Position numbers and translations under genes: made by a program. DNA of 64,000 bases. Source: an uncultured Salinisphaerales bacterium (GTDB lineage: Bacteria > Pseudomonadota > Gammaproteobacteria > Nevskiales > Nevskiaceae). The stretch spans positions 19,648 to 83,647 of the forward strand of contig CAZDPA010000001.1 of the NCBI GenBank assembly GCA_964507195.1. The letters run 5' to 3'. Positions within the stretch are counted from its first letter, which is position 1. Each line of letters opens with the position of its first letter. The notes below the pieces were generated by a model. That model was not told the DNA's origin. It saw nothing but the letters and a program-made list of their open reading frames with translations, and ran no database searches. Below are positions 27,565-36,965 of this stretch, piece after piece.

Positions 27565-29552
27565 GTTGCAGATTCTTCGATCACGATCAGTACGGCTCCG
27601 CTGCCAATCTGATCTCCCTTTTGGACGCGGACTTCACTGACCACCCCGGCGCCTGGAGCAACGATGCTGTGCTCCATCTTCATCGCCTCCATAATCGCGA
27701 GCAGTTGTCCGGCGACGACCTTCTGGCCAACCACAACTTCTACGGCAATGACCTTGCCGGGCATCGGCGCGCTGAGCCCGCCGGCCACATCCTCGATTTC
27801 GGTGCCGTCCTTGAAGCGCGGGATCAAGGTCAACGCGATATCTCCGCGCGGACCGTGCATCCACCACTGGCGACCATGGCAGTGCACGGTGGTGCGCTCT
27901 TGTCTGCCGTCAATCTCGAAGATGAGCGCATGACCATCGATGGACATCACGCGCGCGATCGATGTCCGATCGAGAACGTTGAACTCAAAGGTGCCGTCCC
28001 GTTGACTGCGGTACTCGGTAAGTACCTCTTGCTCTCCGTAGCTGAACTTCAAACGCTGCGGAGGCAGGCGCCCGATACGAAAACCACTCGGCAGAGATGT
28101 AAGAACTCGGGCCTCGGAACGATTGTTTTTCTGAGAGAACAGTGCGGCTGCGATAGCGGCTTGACGCAACGCCGCAGCATCCGCGGTGCGCCCACGAGGC
28201 GGATTAACGTCAGCGATGAAAGACGTTGTGGTGTCGCCGGCCAGAAAGCGTGGATGACGCAGCGTCGCCACCAGGAAATCACGGTTGGTGGTCACGCCTT
28301 GAATGCGCATTCGCTCTAGAACCAGAGCCAGACTGAGCGCGGCTTCACTGCGTGTTTGTCCATGCACGATGATCTTTGCCATCATCGGATCGAATTCGAC
28401 ACCGATTCTGCTGCCCCGCTCGACGCCACTGTCGTAGCGAGCTGGCGGGCTGGGCGGCAGCTCCCAGGCCAGCAATTCGCCGATAGCGGGCAGAAAGTCG
28501 TTCTGGGGGTCTTCAGCATAAATGCGCGCTTCAACGGCATGGCCCGTGATCGTCAGGCTCTCCTGCGTGAAGGACAGGGGCTCGCCTTGCGCGACTCGAA
28601 TCTGTTCGCGAACCAGATCGATGCCGGTGATTGCCTCTGTCACCGGGTGTTCAACCTGCAAGCGCGTGTTGATCTCAAGGAAGAAGAACTCGCCGTTCTT
28701 GTCGAGCAGAAACTCGACCGTCCCAGCGTTGTCGTAAGCGATCGCCCTGACCGCCTTGACCGCGGCCTCACCCATTTTCTTGCGCAGCGACGCATCAACC
28801 GCAGAAGACGGCGCTTCTTCGATGACTTTCTGATGGCGGCGCTGAATGGAGCACTCTCGCTCAAAGCAGTAGACCAGGCTGCCGTGCTTATCGCCGATCA
28901 CCTGGATTTCGACATGCCGCGCGCCTTCGACATACCGCTCGAGGAAAACGGTCGGATCCCCGAAAGCCGAGCCCGCCTCACGCCTGGCTCCAGCAACCGC
29001 CGCCGCCAGCTCGGACTTTTCGCGCACGATGCGCATGCCCTTGCCACCACCGCCGGCCGCCGCCTTGACGAGAGCGGGGAAGCCGACCTTGTCGGCCGCC
29101 GTATCGAGATCCGAGTGCTCATCGAGCTCAACCGAGTGAAGCACGGGGACCGAGATCGTCTGCATCAGGTTTTTGGCGGCAAGCTTGTCGCCCATGGCTG
29201 CAATCGCATCCGGTGGCGGGCCCACCCAAACCAAGCCGGCTTCAATCACTGCTTTGGCGAAATGCGCACGCTCGGAAAGAAAGCCGTAGCCAGGATGAAT
29301 CGCGTCCGCGCCTGCCGCCTTGGCAGCAGCGAGCACCTTCGCAACATCGAGATAGGTTTCGCCGGCCGTTCGACCGTTGAGCGACCATGCCTCGTCTGCA
29401 TCGCGCACGAACGGCTCGTTGGCATCGCCGTCGGCGTAAACAGCGACGGTCTGAATTCCCATCGTTGCGGCAGTGCGCATGACGCGACGTGCGATTTCGC
29501 CACGGTTGGCGATCAGTAGTCTTCGGATAGTGCGGGTTTCGATCGTGCTCAT
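27561..29552 (-). CDS. Acyl-CoA carboxylase alpha subunit (biotin carboxylase plus biotin carrier; methylcrotonyl/geranyl-CoA carboxylase type)
   Basis: 663 aa; ATP-grasp biotin carboxylase N-terminus (LLIANRGEIARRVMRTA) and a C-terminal biotinyl motif EAMKMEH. Confidence 0.92.
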   Translation of the reverse strand: MSTIETRTIRRLLIANRGEIARRVMRTAATMGIQTVAVYADGDANEPFVRDADEAWSLNGRTAGETYLDVAKVLAAAKAAGADAIHPGYGFLSERAHFAKAVIEAGLVWVGPPPDAIAAMGDKLAAKNLMQTISVPVLHSVELDEHSDLDTAADKVGFPALVKAAAGGGGKGMRIVREKSELAAAVAGARREAGSAFGDPTVFLERYVEGARHVEIQVIGDKHGSLVYCFERECSIQRRHQKVIEEAPSSAVDASLRKKMGEAAVKAVRAIAYDNAGTVEFLLDKNGEFFFLEINTRLQVEHPVTEAITGIDLVREQIRVAQGEPLSFTQESLTITGHAVEARIYAEDPQNDFLPAIGELLAWELPPSPPARYDSGVERGSRIGVEFDPMMAKIIVHGQTRSEAALSLALVLERMRIQGVTTNRDFLVATLRHPRFLAGDTTTSFIADVNPPRGRTADAAALRQAAIAAALFSQKNNRSEARVLTSLPSGFRIGRLPPQRLKFSYGEQEVLTEYRSQRDGTFEFNVLDRTSIARVMSIDGHALIFEIDGRQERTTVHCHGRQWWMHGPRGDIALTLIPRFKDGTEIEDVAGGLSAPMPGKVIAVEVVVGQKVVAGQLLAIMEAMKMEHSIVAPGAGVVSEVRVQKGDQIGSGAVLIVIEESAT

Positions 29553-29556
29553 GGTC

Positions 29557-31191
29557 TTAGAACCGGAATACGCCGTAGTTGTCAGTGCCTTTCACCGGAG
29601 CTGAGTGGCAAGCTGACAGCGCCATACCCAACGCATCGCGCGTGTCGCGCGGATCGATGATGCCGTCGTCTTTCATGCGTCCAGTCGCATACTTGGCGAG
29701 CGAGGTGTACTCCTGGAATGCCTCGGTATCCGCCACGATCTTGGCCTCTGCGGTCTCGTCTATGGGTGTCCCGGCCCGCTGCGCCTGACCACGACGAACG
29801 ATCGACATCACACCGGCAATCTGCTTCGGTCCCATCACGGCGATCTTCGCGGTCGGCCAGAGGAACAGGAACCGGGTGTCGAAGCTGCGACCGCTCATGC
29901 CGTAATTGCCGGCCCCGTAGCTGGCGCCAATGACTACTGAGATGTGCGGTACCGTGGAGTTCGATACCGCATTGATCATCTGGCTGCCCTTCTTGACGAT
30001 CCCGGCTTCCTCGTACTGCTTGCCGACCATGTAGCCCGTGATGTTGTGCAGGTACAGCAGCGGGATATTCCGGGCGTTGCATAGCGAGATGAACTGCGTG
30101 GACTTCTCCGCCGTTTCCGGGAAGATCGGGCCGTTGTTGCCGAGGATGCCCACCCCGAATCCGTGAATGTGCGCCCACCCGCAGACCATCGTCGGGCTGT
30201 AGACCGGCTTGAACTCTTCGAACTCACTTCCGTCGACAATGCGCGCAATCACCTCGCGGATATCGATCGCGGCCTTCAAGTCCTTCGGCACGATCCCCAG
30301 CAGTTCGTCGTTGTCGTATATCGGCGCCTTGACCGGCTGAGTCGGCCCATAGCCCGCCTTGTTCCAGTTAAGGTGCTTGATGACGTCGCGTGCCATGCCG
30401 AGACCTTCTGTCTCGTTTTCTGCGAGGTAATCGCAGAGGCCACTCTTGGTGGCGTGCATGGTGGCCCCGCCGAGTTCCTCGGCGTTGGCGACCTCTCCGG
30501 TTGCAACCTTCAACAGCGGCGGGCCCGCTAGAAACACCTGAGCGGCGCCCTTGATGAAGATGTTGTACTCGGAGAGACCCGGCATATAGGCGCCGCCGGC
30601 CGTCGAGCTGCCGCAGACCACCGAAACCGTCGGGATGCCGAGCTTCGACAGTTCGGTGATGGCGTAGAAGATATTCCCGGATTCTCCGAAATGACTGAGC
30701 TCAGCCTTGAGGAGGTAGTCCGGGTCGATGCCTTCAGCTCCGCGTCGCAGATCTCCGCCAGAGGACTCAATGATTTGTACGTACGGCAGCCGGTTCTGGC
30801 GCGCGACCTTGAGGCTGTGCAGGATCTTTGCCATGGACATTGGAGTCATGGCGCCGCCCATATCCGTTGGGTCGTTGGCAAAGATCACGCATTCGGTACC
30901 TGCGATGACGCCGATACCCAGGAGTGAACCCGCGCCGTCCTTGTAGTGCGTGAGATGCCCGGCCAACGGGCTGATTTCCATGAACGGGCTGTCTGCGTCC
31001 AGCAGCAGCGCGACGCGCTCGCGCATCGTCAGCTTCCCCGCGGCGGTATGCCGTGCGATGGCCTTCTCACCGCCTCCAAGTGCGGCCTTGTCGGTTAGCG
31101 CATTGACATCAGCAAGCATGTCGAGCATGTCAGCGCGATTCTGTCGGTAAGACGCAGAACGAACGTCCAGACGTGATGCCAGTATCGGCAT
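29557..31191 (-). CDS. Acyl-CoA carboxylase carboxyltransferase (beta) subunit
   Basis: 544 aa. The carboxyl-transferase family pattern runs throughout (GGGEKAIARHTAAGKLTMRERV; GSSTAGGAYMPGLS; GASYGAGNYGM). Confidence 0.92.
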   Translation of the reverse strand: MPILASRLDVRSASYRQNRADMLDMLADVNALTDKAALGGGEKAIARHTAAGKLTMRERVALLLDADSPFMEISPLAGHLTHYKDGAGSLLGIGVIAGTECVIFANDPTDMGGAMTPMSMAKILHSLKVARQNRLPYVQIIESSGGDLRRGAEGIDPDYLLKAELSHFGESGNIFYAITELSKLGIPTVSVVCGSSTAGGAYMPGLSEYNIFIKGAAQVFLAGPPLLKVATGEVANAEELGGATMHATKSGLCDYLAENETEGLGMARDVIKHLNWNKAGYGPTQPVKAPIYDNDELLGIVPKDLKAAIDIREVIARIVDGSEFEEFKPVYSPTMVCGWAHIHGFGVGILGNNGPIFPETAEKSTQFISLCNARNIPLLYLHNITGYMVGKQYEEAGIVKKGSQMINAVSNSTVPHISVVIGASYGAGNYGMSGRSFDTRFLFLWPTAKIAVMGPKQIAGVMSIVRRGQAQRAGTPIDETAEAKIVADTEAFQEYTSLAKYATGRMKDDGIIDPRDTRDALGMALSACHSAPVKGTDNYGVFRF

Positions 31192-31255
31192 GGTGCTTTA
31201 CCTTTCGAAGGATGGAAGAGGGTGAGGACAGCGCCCGAAGGGGTATGGCCGCGGA

Positions 31256-32389
31256 TCAGTTCAAAGCCTCAGGCATCGAGTGAATCCCAGGGCGGCGTCT
31301 GAAAAGCCTGTAGAGCCCGACCGTGACCAGCGGGACAATGAAAGTGGCGAAGACAGCGATTGCCAGTAGCCGGTACCCGCTGGCGATCAGTGCGACGAGA
31401 CCGAAGCGGGTTGCGAGGAACATGCAAAGCGCCAATACGGCAAGAGAAATTGCTACGCGCCATTGCAGCGTCAGTTCGCCTGACACGACGGACGCCACTC
31501 TCTGATTGAGCGAGTGGATGATGCCTGTGCTGCTTTCCAGCAGTGCCGAAAGGATCATCACCTGGAACAAGGTGTGGAAGACGGGATGCCCGAGCTTCGA
31601 AAGGAGATTGTCTGAGGGCAGTTCGCTGTCTTGGAGCTCCGGGAAACTCGCCATGCAAATGAAGAACAGGATTGCAGGTGCCATGGCCAATGGGCCCGCT
31701 AACAAGCCGGCAACAACCGCGTCCCTGTCGCTGCGCATATGCCTGATGACGGGCAAGATGAGTACGGCGCCCATCAGGTTGTAGCTCGCATATGAAAGCC
31801 CGCCCATAGCCCAGCCAGAAACAATATCTGACTGTGAAAATCGCTCGGCGATGCGATCTCCAAAGCTGGTGAATGCCAGAACAAAAAAGAGGAGGTAGAC
31901 GCCGTACAGCAGGAACGAAACGTATTTGAAAAGGGCCTCGACTGATGCGTCGCCGAACGCGACAAATGCCGTGACTGACACCAGCAGTCCAATCGTTCCG
32001 ACGATATGTGGCCAGCCAAACACGGTGTTGGCGATTGCCCCCGAAGCGGCGCCGAAGGCCGCCAGAGCAATGATTGCGCAAAGTAGAAAGGCACCTTCGA
32101 ACGCAAACCAGAAAGGGCCGAGAAGTTGCTTGAAGAAGTCTCGGTAGTTGAAGCTCTGAGTAACACGTCCGAAGAGGAAAGTCAGAGCACAAATCAGGCT
32201 CCACACGGACGCGGCGAGAAGCATTGCGAAGAGCCCACCCCATGCGCCACCCGGCATGAAGAACTCTGCAAGCTCCCGCCCAGTGGCGTACCCGCCGCCA
32301 ATCACCATCGCCTTGAATGCCAAGCCTGGCAGCAGCAACCTGCGGAACCAGTCGCTTCCTGCGGGAGTAGATAACGCGGTTGTCGACAC
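31256..32389 (-). CDS. Polytopic membrane transporter-like protein (YkvI-like)
   Basis: 377 aa with about 11 TM helices. The N-terminal GGGYATGRELAEFF motif resembles the YkvI-type membrane protein family. First gene of the operon. Confidence 0.55.
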   Translation of the reverse strand: MSTTALSTPAGSDWFRRLLLPGLAFKAMVIGGGYATGRELAEFFMPGGAWGGLFAMLLAASVWSLICALTFLFGRVTQSFNYRDFFKQLLGPFWFAFEGAFLLCAIIALAAFGAASGAIANTVFGWPHIVGTIGLLVSVTAFVAFGDASVEALFKYVSFLLYGVYLLFFVLAFTSFGDRIAERFSQSDIVSGWAMGGLSYASYNLMGAVLILPVIRHMRSDRDAVVAGLLAGPLAMAPAILFFICMASFPELQDSELPSDNLLSKLGHPVFHTLFQVMILSALLESSTGIIHSLNQRVASVVSGELTLQWRVAISLAVLALCMFLATRFGLVALIASGYRLLAIAVFATFIVPLVTVGLYRLFRRRPGIHSMPEALN

Positions 32390-32575
32390 TGCGCTTACCG
32401 ACCCATGCAGCGCAGTCGATGAATATCTGACCCATTGATGTCTGCAGACTCTGACTCGACAGGGCGAGTTGTTCGCCAGTTGGCTTTGTACATACAGGTC
32501 TCCTTCGTTGTCCCCGCGCCTCTTGTGAGGTCATTTGGGCTGCGTGAAAACGCTTCCCGAGGGTGCGAGCAGAAT

Positions 32576-32597
32576 ACAAGTAGTATTGATTACTTGT
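32576..32597. promoter_or_regulatory. Operator copy C (ACAAGTA-N8-TACTTGT), promoter facing the reverse-strand operon
   Basis: The reverse complement reads TTTACAAGTAATCAATACTACTTGTATTCT: a -35-like TTTACA, an 18-nt spacer and a -10-like TATTCT. Perfect inverted half-sites. Confidence 0.6.
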
Positions 32598-32667
32598 AAA
32601 GTTTGGAGCACACGTTGAAAATGTGTATCGCGCAAATGTCTGCCAGCGGTTGCGCCACATTCCATGT

Positions 32668-32689
32668 ACAAATAAGGTAACCTACTTGT
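32668..32689. promoter_or_regulatory. Operator copy D (ACAAATA-N8-TACTTGT), promoter facing the amidase gene
   Basis: TGTACAAATAAGGTAACCTACTTGTATATG; same architecture, with one substitution in the left half-site. Confidence 0.55.
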
Positions 32690-32868
32690 ATATGAAAACG
32701 GCCTATTGCCGGTGTAGTTGCGCGGAAGATTTGGGGGAAGGCGCTCGCAAACCTTGCACCAAGCGCCATCAGCTGGGCGCTTTTCATTCTTTAATGCATT
32801 AAAGATGCTTTAGCGTTGCCGGGCCGGGCTCAGGGCGCTGCAGATATTTTCGGGAGGGACAAAGGTAA

Positions 32869-34287
32869 ATGAGGCTAGACGAATACGCACACTACGACGC
32901 CATCGGATTGATGGAACTCGTACGCAGGGGAAGCGTTACTGCCGCAGAACTCCAAAGGTGCGCGTTGGACGCGATTGAGCGTCTTAACCCGGCTCTCAAT
33001 TTCATGGCAGGAGCGGCCACAACGAATCCGACGTGGACCGCTGACAGGCCGTTTTCTGGGCTTCCGTTCCTGCTGAAGGAAGGGCATGGGTTGGCGGGGG
33101 GCTCGCTCTCGATGGGATCACGGCTCACTGCCGGACTGAAATCACCTCAGGACAGTGAACTGACGACTCGCTTCAAGAACGCCGGCGTCGCCATTCTCGG
33201 AGAAACAACTGCATCCGAGTTCGGGATTGCTCCCGTTACGACCTCCAGCCTGTACGGCATCACGCGCAATCCCTGGAACCTCGAGCATTCCCCTGGTGGA
33301 TCAAGCGGCGGTTCTTCGGTCGCCGTGGCAGCGGGTGTTGTACCCGTGGCACAAACGGCCGATGGTGGGGGCTCAATTCGCATCCCGGCTCATTGCACGG
33401 GAATTTACGGGCTCAAACCAAGTCGCGGCCGTACGCCTGATCTGAAGCCAGGCGTTTTCCCGTTGAGCCACTTTCATGTGTCGTCGAGAACTGTGAGGGA
33501 CTCTGCGGCATTCCTGGACGCAACGATGGGTGAATGGCCGGGAGCAGCCAGCCGCATTCAAAAGCCAGATCGGCCCTATCTTGAGGAAATTACCCGCCCT
33601 CCTAGCAGCTTGAAGATCGCAGTTTCGAGAAATGCTCCTGGCGGCGCAGTGGTCGCGCCTGAGTGCCTCGAAGCACTGGACCGTGCGGCGCGACTGGCTG
33701 AGTCGCTCGGCCATCGTGTAGAAGAAGCGGAGCCGAAGCTCGATTGGAATTCGCTGTTCCAGTCATTCATCACTGCCTGGTTCCACGCATTCCCGGTCGG
33801 TGTAAAGCAGATCAGCGCGATGACGGGGCGCAAACCGGGTCCAGATACCCTCGACGCTGGAACCCTGAGTGGGATCGAGCGCGGCAAGGCCCTGACCGTT
33901 GACGACATTGTGATTGCCAATGTCCACTTTCGAGCCGCGCACCAACTTTTGGATCAGTTCTTCATGAAGTACGACGTGTGGATGACACCAGCGGCGGTTT
34001 GTCAGGCGCCCTCCGTCAAGCAGTTCGATCCACGGATTCCAGAAGAGCAATCTGCTTCGGGCATCCCGAAACCGCTCCTTGAGTTCGCAGCATTCTCGCC
34101 TTTGCTCAACATTACCGGTCATCCGGCGGCGTCAGTGCCTCTGCATCAAGGTGCCAATGGCTTGCCTGCTGGCGTGCAGATCGTCGGCAAAACCGGTGAT
34201 GACGCGACCGTACTACGTCTTTCCGCTCAGTTCGAAACTGCCGATCCGTGGATCCAAAGGCGCCCCCCGCATTCTGTATTTTTTTGA
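32869..34287 (+). CDS. Amidase (amidase-signature family)
   Basis: GGSSGGSSVAVAAGVVPVAQTADGGGSIRIPA is the canonical AS-family Gly/Ser-rich signature. 472 aa. Confidence 0.92.
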   Translation: MRLDEYAHYDAIGLMELVRRGSVTAAELQRCALDAIERLNPALNFMAGAATTNPTWTADRPFSGLPFLLKEGHGLAGGSLSMGSRLTAGLKSPQDSELTTRFKNAGVAILGETTASEFGIAPVTTSSLYGITRNPWNLEHSPGGSSGGSSVAVAAGVVPVAQTADGGGSIRIPAHCTGIYGLKPSRGRTPDLKPGVFPLSHFHVSSRTVRDSAAFLDATMGEWPGAASRIQKPDRPYLEEITRPPSSLKIAVSRNAPGGAVVAPECLEALDRAARLAESLGHRVEEAEPKLDWNSLFQSFITAWFHAFPVGVKQISAMTGRKPGPDTLDAGTLSGIERGKALTVDDIVIANVHFRAAHQLLDQFFMKYDVWMTPAAVCQAPSVKQFDPRIPEEQSASGIPKPLLEFAAFSPLLNITGHPAASVPLHQGANGLPAGVQIVGKTGDDATVLRLSAQFETADPWIQRRPPHSVFF

Positions 34288-34365
34288 ATCGGGGGCTTTG
34301 TCGAACGGGAAGACGGCACCATTCGGTGACGTTACTGATCACCCATCAAGCGCCTCTATCTGGAA

Positions 34366-35271
34366 CTACAGCGACGTAGCTTGTAGGCCGGAGATGTATT
34401 CGATTAAGGCGATTGTGGTCGCGGATGCCCCGCGGCGCGTCATCACAAGGCCGCCATGGGTATGCGGCAAAGAGATCCACTGACTGCCCTTTCCGCCCCG
34501 ACCGGCGGTGACCTTATGCTGAGCCTGCATGAGACTGAGAACAGCTTGCGGGCGCCCTGAAGGCAGAATCAACTTAACAAGCCCGGTCAGCTCCTCCGAC
34601 TTATCCGCGCTAATGACCAGGCGAGGTGTTGGCGACGACCGCGCACACACGTCACGGATGCTCGGTAGCAACTCCATTTCGACAATTGCCGCACGTAACG
34701 ATGCTGCATTTGAGAGGGCGTTACGCGCCAATTGTCGTGCATCCGCTGGTGGAAGCTCAGGCGCCCTGCCTGCAATGGCCGCAACTGGGAATCCCAGGGT
34801 CGCCAGCACGACCATCAGTCGAGCGACGATGCGGAATGCGCCTCCTGTCCCATCAAGCAATGGATCGGGTCTTTCAGCTGTCGGATCAATCTGAACAACG
34901 GCGCGTATGCGCTGCGGTATCGACGCCGCATGCACTCCGCATATGAGTCCGCCATATGACTGGCCTGCGATCACGACAGGCTCGGCTATACCGAGATTAT
35001 CCAGCAGTGCTGCGAGATGCCGGCTCATGCCCTCTGCGCTTTGCGGCTCGTGCGCCTTACTGCCGCCGATGCCTGCACGATTGTAAAGAAGAACCCGCGT
35101 GTGCGGTGCGAGTTCATTTTGCAGCAACGCAAAATAGTCGTAGGACCCGCTCCATCCATTCTCCAAAACGACAAGCGGCAGACGACTTGGTGTGCCGGTC
35201 AGTCGATAACGTAGAGAAGCGCCAGGAATCTCTGCAACACCTTCGCGAAACTCACTCGATGGGGTAGTCAC
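34366..35271 (-). CDS. Alpha/beta hydrolase
   Basis: Nucleophile elbow GQSYGG. The proposed start is the GTG at 35271-35269, which overlaps the pepA stop (GTGA). The ORF-track ATG at 35400 would overlap pepA by about 130 nt. Confidence 0.75.
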   Translation of the reverse strand: MTTPSSEFREGVAEIPGASLRYRLTGTPSRLPLVVLENGWSGSYDYFALLQNELAPHTRVLLYNRAGIGGSKAHEPQSAEGMSRHLAALLDNLGIAEPVVIAGQSYGGLICGVHAASIPQRIRAVVQIDPTAERPDPLLDGTGGAFRIVARLMVVLATLGFPVAAIAGRAPELPPADARQLARNALSNAASLRAAIVEMELLPSIRDVCARSSPTPRLVISADKSEELTGLVKLILPSGRPQAVLSLMQAQHKVTAGRGGKGSQWISLPHTHGGLVMTRRGASATTIALIEYISGLQATSL

Positions 35272-36746
35272 TGCGGAGTTTTGGAAAGTCTGTTTACAAA
35301 AGCATCGATAAGACGAACGCCGAATCCAGTTGGGCCTTTCTGCACGCCGGACAGCGGGCGGGTCGCCCATGCAACACCGGCAATGTCCAGATGGGCCCAC
35401 GGTGTATCACCCGAGAATCTCTGGAGAAACTTAGCGCCAGATACCGCAGAGCCGGATCCGACGCCAAGGAATCCAGGAGCTCCGACGTTACGGACGTCCG
35501 CGATTTCTGACTCCACCAAGTAGTCTTGTCTCTTATCAAGCGGGAGACGCCACAGGAACTCCCCGCTCTCAGATCCCGCGGACTCCAGTTCGCGAGCAAG
35601 TCGATCGTCCGTACTAAATAGCCCGGCAAACTCTTCATGGAGTGTCGCCATCATTGCGCCCGTCAGTGTCGCGACATCGATGAGGCGCTGAGGCTTGTAC
35701 GTCTTCAACAGGTACGCCATCGCGTCGGCCAAGACAATTCTGCCCTCGGCGTCAGTGTTGTCCACTTCAATCGTGAGTCCTGCCAGTGATCTGATCACGT
35801 CGCCAGGGCGATACGATGTGCCGTCCACAACATTTTCGCATAGAGGAATGGCAGCGACGACATTCACGGGTGCACGCCGCTGAGCCATTGCGCGCATGGC
35901 ACCCACGACTGCGGCACCGCCCGCCATGTCGAACTTCATCTTGCTGATCGCCGGGGGTACCTTGAGGTTGAGGCCGCCCGCGTCAAATGTCAGCCCTTTC
36001 CCTACCAATCCGAGGTCGAATGACTTGGCCACACGTCCTTTCCACTGGCAGATCAACATGCAGGGTGGATGCTCGCTGCTGCGGCCTATGGCAAGCAAGC
36101 CGCCGGCGCCGATCTTTTCGAGCGCCTTCTGATCGAGAACCTTAATATCTAGCCCAACACTCACAAGCTCCTTCGCCGCACTAACGAATGCCTGCGGTGT
36201 CATCACATTCGCTGGCGCCTCTACCAGAGCACGTGACCAATTTACTGCTTCGGCCAGCTGTCGGGCGTGAGCGGTTCCCTTCCAAAAGGAGGCCGGGATC
36301 TCCAGCGCTTTTATGCTGAAATGGGACGCTGGCTGCTTTGAGCGAAAGGCCGTACACCGGTATGACGCCAAGGTGGCACCGATCGCAAAATGATTCATGG
36401 CCAACTGCGTGCCGATCGCCTGCGGTGCAGGCGGAGCAATCAATGCGGCCGATTCGACCCGCAGAGTGCGCATCGAGTCCATAACCGCAGCCCCGGCGGA
36501 TTCCCAGAATCGCTCCTCTCTTTCGAAGTCTGCCGGCCGCCCGCAACCGACAAGAATGATCCGTCGGCTATCGACGATGCAATCAACACGGTCTCCGACA
36601 GCACCTCTGAAGCTGGCCGGATGAGAGGGAATGGCGCAGTCGACCATCAAAGGTTGAAGATCCGCGCCGATCAAAAGCACCTCGGCAGCCGGCTTCTTTT
36701 TTGAGCGAGAGAATAGGGGGGATACGGTAGCGTCTTGCAAATGCAT
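35268..36746 (-). CDS. pepA: Leucyl aminopeptidase (M17 family)
   Basis: NTDAEGRIVLADA and GKGLTFDAGGLNLK motifs of M17 aminopeptidases. 492 aa. Confidence 0.92.
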   Translation of the reverse strand: MHLQDATVSPLFSRSKKKPAAEVLLIGADLQPLMVDCAIPSHPASFRGAVGDRVDCIVDSRRIILVGCGRPADFEREERFWESAGAAVMDSMRTLRVESAALIAPPAPQAIGTQLAMNHFAIGATLASYRCTAFRSKQPASHFSIKALEIPASFWKGTAHARQLAEAVNWSRALVEAPANVMTPQAFVSAAKELVSVGLDIKVLDQKALEKIGAGGLLAIGRSSEHPPCMLICQWKGRVAKSFDLGLVGKGLTFDAGGLNLKVPPAISKMKFDMAGGAAVVGAMRAMAQRRAPVNVVAAIPLCENVVDGTSYRPGDVIRSLAGLTIEVDNTDAEGRIVLADAMAYLLKTYKPQRLIDVATLTGAMMATLHEEFAGLFSTDDRLARELESAGSESGEFLWRLPLDKRQDYLVESEIADVRNVGAPGFLGVGSGSAVSGAKFLQRFSGDTPWAHLDIAGVAWATRPLSGVQKGPTGFGVRLIDAFVNRLSKTPQ

Positions 36747-36871
36747 ATTCTGATGTCCCCGAATGGTTCCGATTAGAGTTCAGATCTCGGGCAATCCGGA
36801 AACGCCCGATAGTCGTTGGTGCGGCACTATCGGAGCATCGGGACGTGGCGCCGTTCGATTGTGTTAGATAT

Positions 36872-36893
36872 ACAAGTAAGTTACTCTACTTGT
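36872..36893. promoter_or_regulatory. Operator copy E (ACAAGTA-N8-TACTTGT), promoter facing pepA
   Basis: The reverse complement reads TTGACAAGTAGAGTAACTTACTTGTATATC. It closely matches site B outside the 8-nt centre, apart from the last base shown. Confidence 0.6.
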
Positions 36894-36965
36894 CAATGAA
36901 ATCATAATGCCCTCCGGTACGGGCATGTCCGCGGTAAATCATTGCTTGGATAGGGACACCCACCT

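Noticed and set aside
31269-32660. 463-aa reverse-strand ORF overlapping the YkvI-like transporter gene
   Set aside because: It is an alternative frame of the same strand, Arg/Pro/Gly-rich with no motifs. It runs through the operator-bearing intergenic region. The 377-aa frame has coherent TM helices and a family motif.
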